Assembly: GCA_034660335.1 (NCBI GenBank)
Contig: JAYEJC010000113.1
Location: forward strand, 13,731-77,730
Direction: 5' to 3'
Length of the DNA stretch: 64,000 bases
DNA from: Campylobacterota bacterium
GTDB lineage: Bacteria; Campylobacterota; Campylobacteria; Campylobacterales; Arcobacteraceae
The translations under genes were made by a program, and so were the position numbers. The notes beneath the pieces are model-generated. The model was not told the DNA's origin, did no database searches, and worked only from the letters and a program-made list of their open reading frames with translations. Shown piece by piece: positions 27,242-36,321 of the stretch (positions are counted from its first letter, which is position 1; every line of letters starts with the position of its first letter).

Positions 27242-27490
27242 TTCTAGTTCTCATCGTCTCTGATGGGAATTCATACTTATCTTTTTCTATTCATAATTAT
27301 TCAAACACCAATATACACTCCCATCAGAGAGAGACTGTGAAATAACCTAAAAGTATTTCATTACACCCAGACTAAAGTCGGCGTTCCAAGCTTTTCGGAA
27401 TCTGGACTTTAGTCCAGACTGTTAATATGCCCAGACTAAAGTCGTGGGTTCCGACATGATTTTTTCTCGCTCCCATCGCGATAGGAACTA
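27242..27490 (+). repeat. composite repeat: truncated unit E3 (27242-27325), module B palindrome (27367-27414), module C (27415-27454) and an inverted collapsed hairpin (27464-27490)
   Basis: E3 matches E1/E2 up to ATATACACTCCCATC and then diverges. CCAGACTAAAGTCGGCGTTCCAAGCTTTTCGGAATCTGGACTTTAGTC is an imperfect 48-bp palindrome. TTCTCGCTCCCATCGCGATAGGAACTA is the hairpin unit in reverse orientation and abuts the MFS stop codon. Confidence 0.75.
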
Positions 27491-27492
27491 TA

Positions 27493-28719
27493 TCAATCTT
27501 TTAATTTAAATGATAAGTAAAGTGAAATAAAAAGTAAAACAAGTGTAAAACTATATAAAAAAGTATAATTTGAAAAGTTTAAAATAATTCCACCAAATAA
27601 AGAGAAAAATATCCCAATAGAGGTGATATTTGTTTGTAATGCACTATACACAGGTCTTCTATCTTCTGGTGCTAATATTAGTATAAGGTTTCCAGAAGAG
27701 ATTCTGTTTCCATCCATAGAAGCCCCAACAATAAAAAATATCAACATATACATATATAATGAATCAGCAATAAAAGCTAAAGCTATTGAAACAATAGTCA
27801 TAATAATAGTGATATTTGCAATAAGTTTATTAAGCCCTTTTGAACTTAGCTTTCCCCATAAAATATTACTAAACATAGCACCAACCATCTGAGCTGTGAT
27901 AAGTATACCTATAGTAGTACCTGAGAGTTCTATCTTTGTTTTTGCATCTAAAATAATAAAAGGCAAAGAAAAAAGATAAGAATATGCTAATAAAAATGTC
28001 CCTATTTGTATCTGTAAATCTTTATCCATTTTAAGTGTTTTTAAGGCATTTTGTAAAAAAAGAGAAAATGACTTCTCTTTTTTAGCTACATTCTCTTTTT
28101 TTGGTTCAGTAACAGTTCCAAATGCAAAAAGTCCAATACCCATCAAAAAAGCACTAGCCATAAAAAGTATTCCATAACTATACGGTGGTTCAAAAGCCTC
28201 AAGCATATATCCAGTAACAGCCCCACTAATAATAGCAGCAAATGCAGAAAAGAATTGTCGTACAGCCATAGTTTTTCCACGAAACTTATGTGTAAAAAGT
28301 TTTGCTGTGAGTTCTCTAAAATATATAGCCCCAAAACCAGCTGAAAATGAAAATATAAAAAGACCAATACCAATACTAAGAAGGGATAAGTTTTTATACT
28401 CATCTCCAAATACCATAATAGCAACACCTATAAAAAACCATGCTATAAATCTAAACCAAAAAACTCTTCTAAGATATTTTAACATATACGGATAACTTTG
28501 AGCATGAAAAGCAGCATAAAGCTGAACTACAATAGCACCACCTCTAAGTAAAGATGAAAAAAATCCAATCAAAATAGATCCACCACCAAAGTGACTTATA
28601 ATAAGTGGTAATATTGTATGAGGTTCTGCTATTGTTGTACTAATTGAGAGAAAAAATCCATGTAAGACATTTTTTATATGGTTGCCCTTAGAGTCCATAG
28701 AGTGTTGTTTTTGTGACAT
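27493..28719 (-). CDS. MFS family transporter
   Basis: It is predicted to have about 12 TM segments in a 6+6 layout with a central basic loop (EPKKENVAKKEKS). Confidence 0.75.
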   Translation of the reverse strand: MSQKQHSMDSKGNHIKNVLHGFFLSISTTIAEPHTILPLIISHFGGGSILIGFFSSLLRGGAIVVQLYAAFHAQSYPYMLKYLRRVFWFRFIAWFFIGVAIMVFGDEYKNLSLLSIGIGLFIFSFSAGFGAIYFRELTAKLFTHKFRGKTMAVRQFFSAFAAIISGAVTGYMLEAFEPPYSYGILFMASAFLMGIGLFAFGTVTEPKKENVAKKEKSFSLFLQNALKTLKMDKDLQIQIGTFLLAYSYLFSLPFIILDAKTKIELSGTTIGILITAQMVGAMFSNILWGKLSSKGLNKLIANITIIMTIVSIALAFIADSLYMYMLIFFIVGASMDGNRISSGNLILILAPEDRRPVYSALQTNITSIGIFFSLFGGIILNFSNYTFLYSFTLVLLFISLYLSFKLKD

Positions 28720-28804
28720 TTATATCCTAAAATTGAAGTTTGTTATTTTATCCAAATTTTCTTTATGATATAATCAAGCTAAATATATATAGGAGATTAC
28801 AACA

Positions 28805-29515
28805 ATGGGTAGAGCCTTTGAATATAGAAAAGCAGCCAAAATGAAAAGATGGGGAAATATGTCAAGAGTATTTCCAAAATTAGCAAAAGCTATTACTATG
28901 GCAGCAAAAGGGGGAACAAGTGACCCAGAAACCAATGCAACGCTAAGAAGTGCAATAGCAACAGCAAAAGCACAAAACTTACCAAAAGACAATATTGAAG
29001 CAGCGATTAAAAGAGCTAGTGCAAAAGATGTTGCAAATATGGCTGAAGTAAACTATGAAGGTAAATGGAAAAATGGTGTACTTGTATTTGTAGAGACTGC
29101 AACAGAAAATACAGCAAGAACAGTAGCAAATATAAAAACTATTTTTAATAAATCTGGTGGTTCATTGGTACCAACAGGATCATTAGAGTTTCATTTTGAT
29201 AGAAAAGCTATTTTTGAGATGAAAACACCTGATATGGATATGGATGATCTTGAGATGGAGCTTATTGATGCTGGATTAGAAGAGATAAAAGTTGAAGATA
29301 ATGAACATATATCTATAATAGCTGATTATACAGAGTTTGGAAATATGTCAAACAAACTTCATGAGATGGAACTAGAGTATGAAAAAGGGACACTAGCAAG
29401 AGTACCAAACTCTCCAATTGAGATTACAGATGAGCAGATGGAGGAGTTGTCAATTTTACTTGAAAAAATTGAAGATGATGATGATGTTCAAAATGTATAT
29501 ACAAACTTAGCTTAA
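28805..29515 (+). CDS. yebC: YebC/PmpR family DNA-binding transcriptional regulator
   Basis: The N-terminus MGRAFEYRKAAKMKRWGNMSRVF and the motif NLPKDNIEAAIKRA are hallmarks of the family. Confidence 0.9.
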   Translation: MGRAFEYRKAAKMKRWGNMSRVFPKLAKAITMAAKGGTSDPETNATLRSAIATAKAQNLPKDNIEAAIKRASAKDVANMAEVNYEGKWKNGVLVFVETATENTARTVANIKTIFNKSGGSLVPTGSLEFHFDRKAIFEMKTPDMDMDDLEMELIDAGLEEIKVEDNEHISIIADYTEFGNMSNKLHEMELEYEKGTLARVPNSPIEITDEQMEELSILLEKIEDDDDVQNVYTNLA

Positions 29516-29564
29516 TATAATTTAAGTTAAAATATAAAAATCATAAACAAAAAAGGATTAATAG

Positions 29565-30491
29565 ATGTCAAAAAAATTTAGATTAGTTACAAGAAGTGAT
29601 ATGGATGGTTTGGTTTGTGCAGTTATACTCAAACAGCTAGATATGATTGATGATATTAAGTTTGTACATCCAAAAGATATGCAAGATGGTACTATTGATA
29701 TTACAGAAAATGATATTATTACAAACCTACCTTACTACTCTCAAGCTCATTTAGTATTTGATCATCATGAAAGTGAATCAATAAGAAATGGTCAAGCAGA
29801 TAATTATATAATAATTCCAGATGCACCAAGTGCAGCAAGAGTTGTATATGATTATTATGGAGGAGCTGAAAAATTACCACATATTGCAGAAGATATGATG
29901 GTAGCAGTTGATAAAGCAGATGCTGCTCAATTTAGCGTAGATGATATCCTAAATCCACAAGGTTGGGAGCTTTTAAGTTTCTTGATGGATTCAAGAACAG
30001 GACTTGGTAGATTTAGAGAGTTTACTGTATCAAATTATCAGTTGATGATGGACTTAATTGATTATTGTATAGATCACACAATTGATGATATTATGCAACT
30101 TCCTGATGTAGTAGAGAGAGTTGAACTATACAATAAATATTCGGATGATTTTATAGAGCAGCTACAAAGATGTACTACACTACATGATAATTTAGTAGTA
30201 CTTGACTTAAGAGATGAAGAGATAATATATCCAGGTAATAGATTTACTATTTATGCACTGTTTCCTGATACAAATATATCAATCCATGTACTTTGGGGAT
30301 TCAAAAAACAAAATACTGTTTTTGCTACAGGAAAATCAATAGTAAATAGAAGCTCAAATACAAATGTTGGTGAATTGATGTTGAAATACAACGGTGGAGG
30401 ACATAATGCAGCTGGAACTTGTCAAATAGACAATGACAAAGCTGAAGATGTTTTAAAAGAGTTAATTACTGCAATTACAAATGATGGTTAA
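29565..30491 (+). CDS. DHH/DHHA1 family phosphoesterase (NrnA-like)
   Basis: It has the N-terminal SDMDG motif, DHH (VFDHHES) and the DHHA1 GGGH motif (YNGGGHNAAG). Confidence 0.65.
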   Translation: MSKKFRLVTRSDMDGLVCAVILKQLDMIDDIKFVHPKDMQDGTIDITENDIITNLPYYSQAHLVFDHHESESIRNGQADNYIIIPDAPSAARVVYDYYGGAEKLPHIAEDMMVAVDKADAAQFSVDDILNPQGWELLSFLMDSRTGLGRFREFTVSNYQLMMDLIDYCIDHTIDDIMQLPDVVERVELYNKYSDDFIEQLQRCTTLHDNLVVLDLRDEEIIYPGNRFTIYALFPDTNISIHVLWGFKKQNTVFATGKSIVNRSSNTNVGELMLKYNGGGHNAAGTCQIDNDKAEDVLKELITAITNDG

Positions 30492-30509
30492 AAAAGAGCT
30501 TAAACTTTT

Positions 30510-30716
30510 TTAAGAGCATTTATCAAATAGTTCATCTAAAAAACTATTTGATATTGCATCTTGATTTATTTTTTTATATTCTAAGTTTTTTTTTATCTCA
30601 ATAAGTTCATCAAGTTCAAAGTATTCTAAATAATTTGGATTTATATCTACATTTTCACCATTTATACTGATTAGATGTTTTATATCTTCTACTAAATCTT
30701 CTTTTTCTATTTTCAT
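30510..30716 (-). CDS. hypothetical acidic 68-aa protein
   Basis: Its start overlaps the stop of the upstream Bfd-like gene (ATGA coupling). No motif was recognised. Confidence 0.4.
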   Translation of the reverse strand: MKIEKEDLVEDIKHLISINGENVDINPNYLEYFELDELIEIKKNLEYKKINQDAISNSFLDELFDKCS

Positions 30717-30940
30717 TATTTTACAAACTTATTAACAATTTGTTCTATATAAAGCTTCATTTTTGGGTCACCAAAATCATCTTCTTTTGTTTTACAACAC
30801 CCACATGCACTTCCTGCATCTGTTATATTAGCAACATCTTCAATTGTTTTTGCACCCTGTTTTTCTATAGAGTATACAATCTCTCCTAGAGTAACACCTT
30901 TGCAAGTGCATACCTCATAAGAATAATTAAAATCAGCCAT
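30716..30940 (-). CDS. BFD-like [2Fe-2S]-binding domain protein
   Basis: The four-Cys pattern CTC...(35)...CGCC (CTCKGVTLGEI...GSACGCCK) is typical of bacterioferritin-associated ferredoxin. Confidence 0.75.
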   Translation of the reverse strand: MADFNYSYEVCTCKGVTLGEIVYSIEKQGAKTIEDVANITDAGSACGCCKTKEDDFGDPKMKLYIEQIVNKFVK

Positions 30941-31697
30941 TGTTCTTTTTTTCCTTTTTTAGCATCTCATATGCTTCATTTATCTCTTGTAGTTTTGCTG
31001 TTGCCTCATCTATAATTGATTGGCTTGCACCTTGACCTGTAATAACATCTGGATGATTTTCTTTTACTAATACTCTGTATTTTTTCTTGATTGTTGAAAT
31101 ATCATCATTTATATCAACACCTAAAATCTCACAAGCTTTTGATAAAGACAACTCTTTTGAGTTTTGTTTTTGTGCATAAAATTGCTCAAATTGAGAGATA
31201 AGCATCTCAAAATCTGATTTTTTAATCTCTAAAGCATTTGAGATATCTTCTGTTATCATAAATTCAGCTTTTGAAAAATCATTATCAATAAAGGCTAAAT
31301 TTAAAAGATACTCCATAACTTTTAATCTTTTAGAATAATCTTTTTTTGTAAGATTTAGATATTTTTTTGCTACTTCTATAGTATCATCAAAGCTATTCAT
31401 CTCTTGCTTATAGATGTTTTTTAGTTCTTCTCTTATATTTTCACTATTTTCAAAATGATTTGAGATATCAGTAAATGTATGGCTTAGTATCTCTGCTTCT
31501 AGTTCACTTACAGCTCCATCTGCTTTAGCAACTTTTGCCATAAGTGCTACTAAAAGACCAGCTTCATGATCTTCTAAATCACCTTTTAGTACTTGTTTAC
31601 CATCAACTTTGATTTGTTGAAAATCACTACTTTTATAACCTCTATTTAACATATAAAATGCAAAACCAACTATTGCTAAAACTAATATTTTAATCAT
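30933..31697 (-). CDS. djlA: DjlA-like co-chaperone (N-terminal TM, TerB-like domain, C-terminal J domain)
   Basis: It has a TM helix at the N-terminus. The C-terminal J domain carries the HPD motif (KKKYRVLVKENHPDV). Confidence 0.7.
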   Translation of the reverse strand: MIKILVLAIVGFAFYMLNRGYKSSDFQQIKVDGKQVLKGDLEDHEAGLLVALMAKVAKADGAVSELEAEILSHTFTDISNHFENSENIREELKNIYKQEMNSFDDTIEVAKKYLNLTKKDYSKRLKVMEYLLNLAFIDNDFSKAEFMITEDISNALEIKKSDFEMLISQFEQFYAQKQNSKELSLSKACEILGVDINDDISTIKKKYRVLVKENHPDVITGQGASQSIIDEATAKLQEINEAYEMLKKEKKNNG

Positions 31698-31714
31698 CTA
31701 TTACCTTTTTGAAA

Positions 31715-32905
31715 TTATGTTCTATAATCAGCATTTATTTTAACATATTCATAACCTAAGTCACAACCATAAGCGGTAAACTTACCATCTCCTAGTCCTA
31801 TGTCACAAGTGATTTTAAAGCTTGATTCTTCTAGTACTTTAGCTGCTGTTTTTTCTACCTCTTGAGTAAATAAAACTTCACCTTTATCATAAACCAAAAC
31901 ATCTTTAAACTTAATACTTAGACTATCCTCACTACAGTTTATTTGACTTGCACCTATTGTTGAGGCTATTCTACCCCAGTTTGGATCTTCACCAAACAAT
32001 GCTGTTTTTACTAGCAAGGAATTTGATAGTGCTTTTGCAGCAATTTGTGCTTCTTCATCATTTGATGCACCAATCACTTCAAATGCAACAGATTTTTTTG
32101 CACCTTCACCATCAGCGACCATCAACATTGCCATATCATGCATAACCAATCTTAAAACTTCTGAAAAAGCCTCTTTATCATAAGAGTTAGATTTTTTATT
32201 GCTCATTAAAAAAACAGTATCATTTGTAGATGTATCCCCATCAACACTAATAGCATTAAATGTTGTTTCAATATTATTTTGAAGCAATTCTTTCATATCA
32301 TATTTTGGAATATTTGCATCTGTTGTTATAAAACATAGCATAGTAGCAAGATTTGGATTTATCATCCCAGCACCTTTTGCAACTGCACCTATTTTAAAAG
32401 TTGATTTATCTTCTAATACAACTTCATAAAAACAACTTTTTGAATAAGCATCTGTAGTCATAATAGCTTCTGATAGATTTTTTCCATTTTTATTTTTTAA
32501 ATTAAAATTTAATGATGATTTTAATATTTTATCTTTTGGTAAAGGAACACCAATAACCCCTGTGCTACTCATTATAGGATTTGTTATATCACTAAATTTA
32601 CTTTTTAATTCATCAAGTACTTCGTCTATATCTTCTATACCTTTTTGACCCGTCATAGCATTTGCATTTTTTGAATTAATAAGGATAAAATTCGTTTGGA
32701 AATTTGTTGGATAGTTTAAATAATGTCTTAATGGTGCTGCTTTAAACCTATTTTTTGTAAATACAGCTTCTATATCACATATAGAATCACTATAAATAAA
32801 CCCTATATCTAAAGCTTTGTTTGGTTTTAATCCTGCATTTATACCATCACAGTAAAAACCATCAATATCTCCTATTGTTCCTTTTATTGGAAAAATACTA
32901 AACAT
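31715..32905 (-). CDS. argJ: bifunctional ornithine acetyltransferase / N-acetylglutamate synthase
   Basis: The ArgJ self-cleavage region PNLATMLCFITTDA and the motifs GDTSTNDT and NADYRT are present. Confidence 0.9.
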   Translation of the reverse strand: MFSIFPIKGTIGDIDGFYCDGINAGLKPNKALDIGFIYSDSICDIEAVFTKNRFKAAPLRHYLNYPTNFQTNFILINSKNANAMTGQKGIEDIDEVLDELKSKFSDITNPIMSSTGVIGVPLPKDKILKSSLNFNLKNKNGKNLSEAIMTTDAYSKSCFYEVVLEDKSTFKIGAVAKGAGMINPNLATMLCFITTDANIPKYDMKELLQNNIETTFNAISVDGDTSTNDTVFLMSNKKSNSYDKEAFSEVLRLVMHDMAMLMVADGEGAKKSVAFEVIGASNDEEAQIAAKALSNSLLVKTALFGEDPNWGRIASTIGASQINCSEDSLSIKFKDVLVYDKGEVLFTQEVEKTAAKVLEESSFKITCDIGLGDGKFTAYGCDLGYEYVKINADYRT

Positions 32906-34052
32906 AAATATCCTTTTTCTTATCTATTTCTAAATCATTTGGTTTTTTGATTTGATTTACTATTTTTTTTGCTTTTGCTATTCCTGATTGATTACCAACT
33001 ACCAATAACTTACACCCTTTTTTTACTTTTGTTGTACCTTTAGGTGTTTGAATAAATTTTCCATTTGCTTCAGTTATACCTATTATACTAACTTTGAGTT
33101 TATCTCTTAAGTGTGCATCTTTAATCTCATGATCCAAAAACCAACTATTGTCATTGATATATATCTCTTCCATATCAATAGGAGTGTCTTTTTTATATAA
33201 AAACTGATCAAGAACATTTTCCATATCAGGTCTTATAGCCATAGCACTAACTCTTTTAGCCATAAGTTCAGGTGGCGCGACAACTTTATTGGCACCTAGT
33301 TTTTTTAATCTTTCTATATCTTTTTGAGATTCGGAATTACATATTATTAAAAATGGATTTTCCCGTCCTAACTCTTTTTCATATAATCTAATAGAAGCTA
33401 TAATAGTGATATTATCAGATATATTTTTTGACAAAGATATAACACCTTTTGCACTTGAAAGATGTGACTTTAGAAAAGCTCTTTCTGTGTAAATCTCCTC
33501 TTTTATATAGTATGGATAGTTATTTTTTTTAGCTATCTCCTCCATATCATCAGATGGATCAACTATAACAAATGGTATATGATTTTCTTTAAATTGCTCT
33601 GCTAATTGAACTGTGTATTCATTATGATTAAATATAACAAAATGATTTCTAAGTCGTGCTATTTTGTACAACATATCTCGCTCCTTATAAAGATCTAGTA
33701 TTTTGCCTTTTACCAAAACTTGAATTAATGCTGTAATAGATAAAGTAAATACTAAAAAACCAAATATAATAAGTGTAATAGTAAATAATCTACCAGCTTC
33801 TGATATTTTTCCAATCTCACCAAAACCAACAGTAGTAAATGTAATACCAGTTTGATAAATAGCATCTAAAATAGGAAAATCATCGATAATCATATACCCT
33901 AAGGTACCAATCATCATAATAAGTTGTAATAAAATTAATGGTAAACGAAAGTGTTTAAATTGAGAGTAAATCTCTTTGTTTAGATCAAACTCAGGCTGAG
34001 ATTTTTTATACTCCCAGCCTAGAGATTTTTTGATGTTTTTGATGTGACTCAT
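32898..34052 (-). CDS. potassium channel protein with RCK/TrkA-N domains
   Basis: Two TM helices and a pore helix carry the selectivity filter TTVGFGE. Two cytoplasmic RCK-like domains follow. Confidence 0.8.
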   Translation of the reverse strand: MSHIKNIKKSLGWEYKKSQPEFDLNKEIYSQFKHFRLPLILLQLIMMIGTLGYMIIDDFPILDAIYQTGITFTTVGFGEIGKISEAGRLFTITLIIFGFLVFTLSITALIQVLVKGKILDLYKERDMLYKIARLRNHFVIFNHNEYTVQLAEQFKENHIPFVIVDPSDDMEEIAKKNNYPYYIKEEIYTERAFLKSHLSSAKGVISLSKNISDNITIIASIRLYEKELGRENPFLIICNSESQKDIERLKKLGANKVVAPPELMAKRVSAMAIRPDMENVLDQFLYKKDTPIDMEEIYINDNSWFLDHEIKDAHLRDKLKVSIIGITEANGKFIQTPKGTTKVKKGCKLLVVGNQSGIAKAKKIVNQIKKPNDLEIDKKKDIYV

Positions 34053-34073
34053 TAAAACATCTTAATAGTTAGC

Positions 34074-34262
34074 TTATGAATTCTTTTTAAGAGTTCTAAG
34101 TTCTTTAGCAGATATTCTTATCTTGCTTGTTGTTCCATCTTCTAATTGAATTCTTACTGTTCTTAAATTTGGTAAAAATCTTCTTTTAGTTCTGTTTTTT
34201 GCGTGGCTAACATTATTTCCAGCCATTGGGCCTTTTCCAGATATCATACATCTTCTTGCCAT
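34074..34262 (-). CDS. rpmB: 50S ribosomal protein L28
   Basis: The sequence [33 protein letters not shown] is canonical L28. Confidence 0.95.
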   Translation of the reverse strand: MARRCMISGKGPMAGNNVSHAKNRTKRRFLPNLRTVRIQLEDGTTSKIRISAKELRTLKKNS

Positions 34263-34326
34263 GTGAGTTTCCTTGTGTTATAAAATTTCGTAATTGTATC
34301 TAATTTATATTAAAATATTTCTTAAG

Positions 34327-34623
34327 TCAATTAAAAATATCAAAATTAATATCAAATATACCGCCACCTTTTTTCTCTTGTGCTTTTGTTCTATACTCTT
34401 CAAAGCCATCACTAATATCAGAATATTTATCTTTTGTACCATACATCAACATACCAACAGAGATAACTGCAATAAAAAAGATAGTCAATATATAAACAAT
34501 CCACTCACTTTGTATTTTATTTTTTGGTTCAAAATTATTATTTAAAAATAATACTATCTTATGTCTCATAAAAAATATAATCAAAAGTAAGGTTAAACTA
34601 AGAATAAATGAATTTATAGTCAC
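34327..34623 (-). CDS. hypothetical small membrane protein
   Basis: It has two predicted TM helices and lies 10 nt downstream of the ABC-F gene on the same strand. The overlapping plus-strand ORF 34294..34545 is judged spurious. Confidence 0.45.
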   Translation of the reverse strand: MTINSFILSLTLLLIIFFMRHKIVLFLNNNFEPKNKIQSEWIVYILTIFFIAVISVGMLMYGTKDKYSDISDGFEEYRTKAQEKKGGGIFDINFDIFN

Positions 34624-34633
34624 AAGAACTCTT

Positions 34634-36226
34634 TTAGTTACTCTCTTTTGATTCTATAAACTCTTCATATGCTCCATCAAAGTCAATTATAGTTCCATCT
34701 TCTTGAATCTCAATAATTCTATTTGCAAAAGCATCAAGTAACTCTCTATCGTGAGACACACAAATAACACTTCCAGGAAATTCTCTAAGACCTTCACCCA
34801 AGGCTATAATTGCTTCTAAGTCAAGATGATTTGTAGGTTCATCTAATAATAAAAAGTTTCTTTTTTCAAGCATTATTTTACTCAACATCATTCTGTGTTT
34901 TTCACCACCACTACAATTCATTACTGATTTTTCTTGCTCTTGACCATTAAATAACATTCTACCTAAACAGTTTCTTATCTCACCAATATCAGCATCTCTA
35001 TCATGATCTCTTAACCAATCATATAAAGTGATATCACCTGAAATTAAATCTGTTGTATTTTGAGGAAAATAACTAATATTTACAGTTGCACCCCATTTTA
35101 CTTCACCATCATCTGGCTTGATATTTTCCATTAACATTTCACAAAGTGTAGTTTTACCTGCACCATTTGGTCCTATAAGAGCTATTCTATCTTTTTTGTC
35201 CATCATTAGATTTATATCTTTTAATACAACTTCATCATCATATGATTTTGAAATATTTTTAAGCTCAAGAATCTCTTTACTAATAGGTTTTTCTTGTTTA
35301 AATACAATAGAAGGGTCTCTTCTTGAACTAACTGCTATTGCTTCAATATCAAGCTTGTCAAGTTGTTTTTGTCTTGATGTAGCTTGTTTTGCTTTTGATG
35401 CATTTGCACTAAATCTTCTTACAAAAGCTTCAAGCTCCTCTTTCTCTTTTAATTTTTTCTCTCTATCAACGCTTGCTTGTTTAGCAATAACAGTAGATGC
35501 GATATACCAATCATCATATGTACCTGTAAACTCTCTAATTTGTTTAAAATCAACATCAAGTATATGTGTACACACAGCATTTAAAAAATGTCTATCATGA
35601 GATATAACTACCATAGTTCCATCATGATGTTGAAGCTGGTTTTCAAGCCATGAGATTGTAGATATATCAAGGTTATTTGTAGGTTCATCAAGAAATAAAA
35701 CATCAGGTTTAGGAAATAAAACTTGTGCTAATAAAACTTTAAACTTATCTCCACCTGTTATAGTACTCATTAATTCATCTTGTTGAGATGCTGGAAAACC
35801 AACTGTTTCAAGAATTTTTGTTATTTTTACATCGTATTCATAAGTTGGATCCTCTTCACAGCAAATCATCTCCAACTCACCCAATCTTTCACCTACTTCA
35901 TCTGTATACTCTTTTAAATATAATGCTTCTTTCTCTTTTATAGCATCATATAATCTTTTATTTCCATATAAAACTGCATCAGCTAAAGTAAAATCTTCAA
36001 AAGCAAATTGATTTTGTCCTAAAACACCAACCTTTTTACCTGTTTGTACTTGAACTTCACCTTCAGTTATCTCCTCTGTGCCACTTAGCATATTTAAAAA
36101 TGTAGTTTTACCAGCACCATTTGCACCAATAAGACCATATCTTTTACCTGTATCTAAAGATATATTTATATCTTGAAATAAGACTCTAGGACCAAAAGCT
36201 TTTTTTAAATTTACAATTTTTACCAT
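34634..36226 (-). CDS. ABC-F family ATPase (tandem ABC domains, no TM)
   Basis: Two Walker A motifs (GANGAGKTT, GPNGAGKTT), two signatures (ITGGDKFKV, CSGGEKHRM) and a charged inter-domain linker are present. Confidence 0.9.
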   Translation of the reverse strand: MVKIVNLKKAFGPRVLFQDINISLDTGKRYGLIGANGAGKTTFLNMLSGTEEITEGEVQVQTGKKVGVLGQNQFAFEDFTLADAVLYGNKRLYDAIKEKEALYLKEYTDEVGERLGELEMICCEEDPTYEYDVKITKILETVGFPASQQDELMSTITGGDKFKVLLAQVLFPKPDVLFLDEPTNNLDISTISWLENQLQHHDGTMVVISHDRHFLNAVCTHILDVDFKQIREFTGTYDDWYIASTVIAKQASVDREKKLKEKEELEAFVRRFSANASKAKQATSRQKQLDKLDIEAIAVSSRRDPSIVFKQEKPISKEILELKNISKSYDDEVVLKDINLMMDKKDRIALIGPNGAGKTTLCEMLMENIKPDDGEVKWGATVNISYFPQNTTDLISGDITLYDWLRDHDRDADIGEIRNCLGRMLFNGQEQEKSVMNCSGGEKHRMMLSKIMLEKRNFLLLDEPTNHLDLEAIIALGEGLREFPGSVICVSHDRELLDAFANRIIEIQEDGTIIDFDGAYEEFIESKESN

Positions 36227-36321
36227 AAAATTTTTACCTTTTTTTTAATATAATTTGCATTATAGCCAAATTTTATTTTATAATATATAAGAAAATATAG
36301 GATTGAATGATTATACTGATT

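Noticed and set aside
25878-27325. Possible CRISPR array, because repeated units are separated by unique DNA
   Set aside because: The repeats are 108 bp long and the intervals are 512 and 636 bp and contain complete genes. There are only about three copies and no cas genes. None of this is compatible with CRISPR geometry.
14600-27500. Prophage or conjugative element spanning the accessory patch
   Set aside because: No integrase, transposase, capsid, tail, terminase, relaxase or T4SS genes are present. The helicase is a common chromosomal Pif1/RecD-like gene. The patchwork is better described as several small repeat-bounded segments.
28774-28992. 72-aa minus-strand ORF overlapping the yebC start
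   Set aside because: It is antisense to the highly conserved YebC N-terminus and is most likely spurious.
34294-34545. 83-aa plus-strand ORF upstream of rpmB
   Set aside because: It overlaps the minus-strand 98-aa two-TM ORF, which sits in operon position behind the ABC-F gene. The plus-strand product is low-complexity, so only one of the two can be real and the minus-strand ORF is preferred. Even that call has only moderate confidence.
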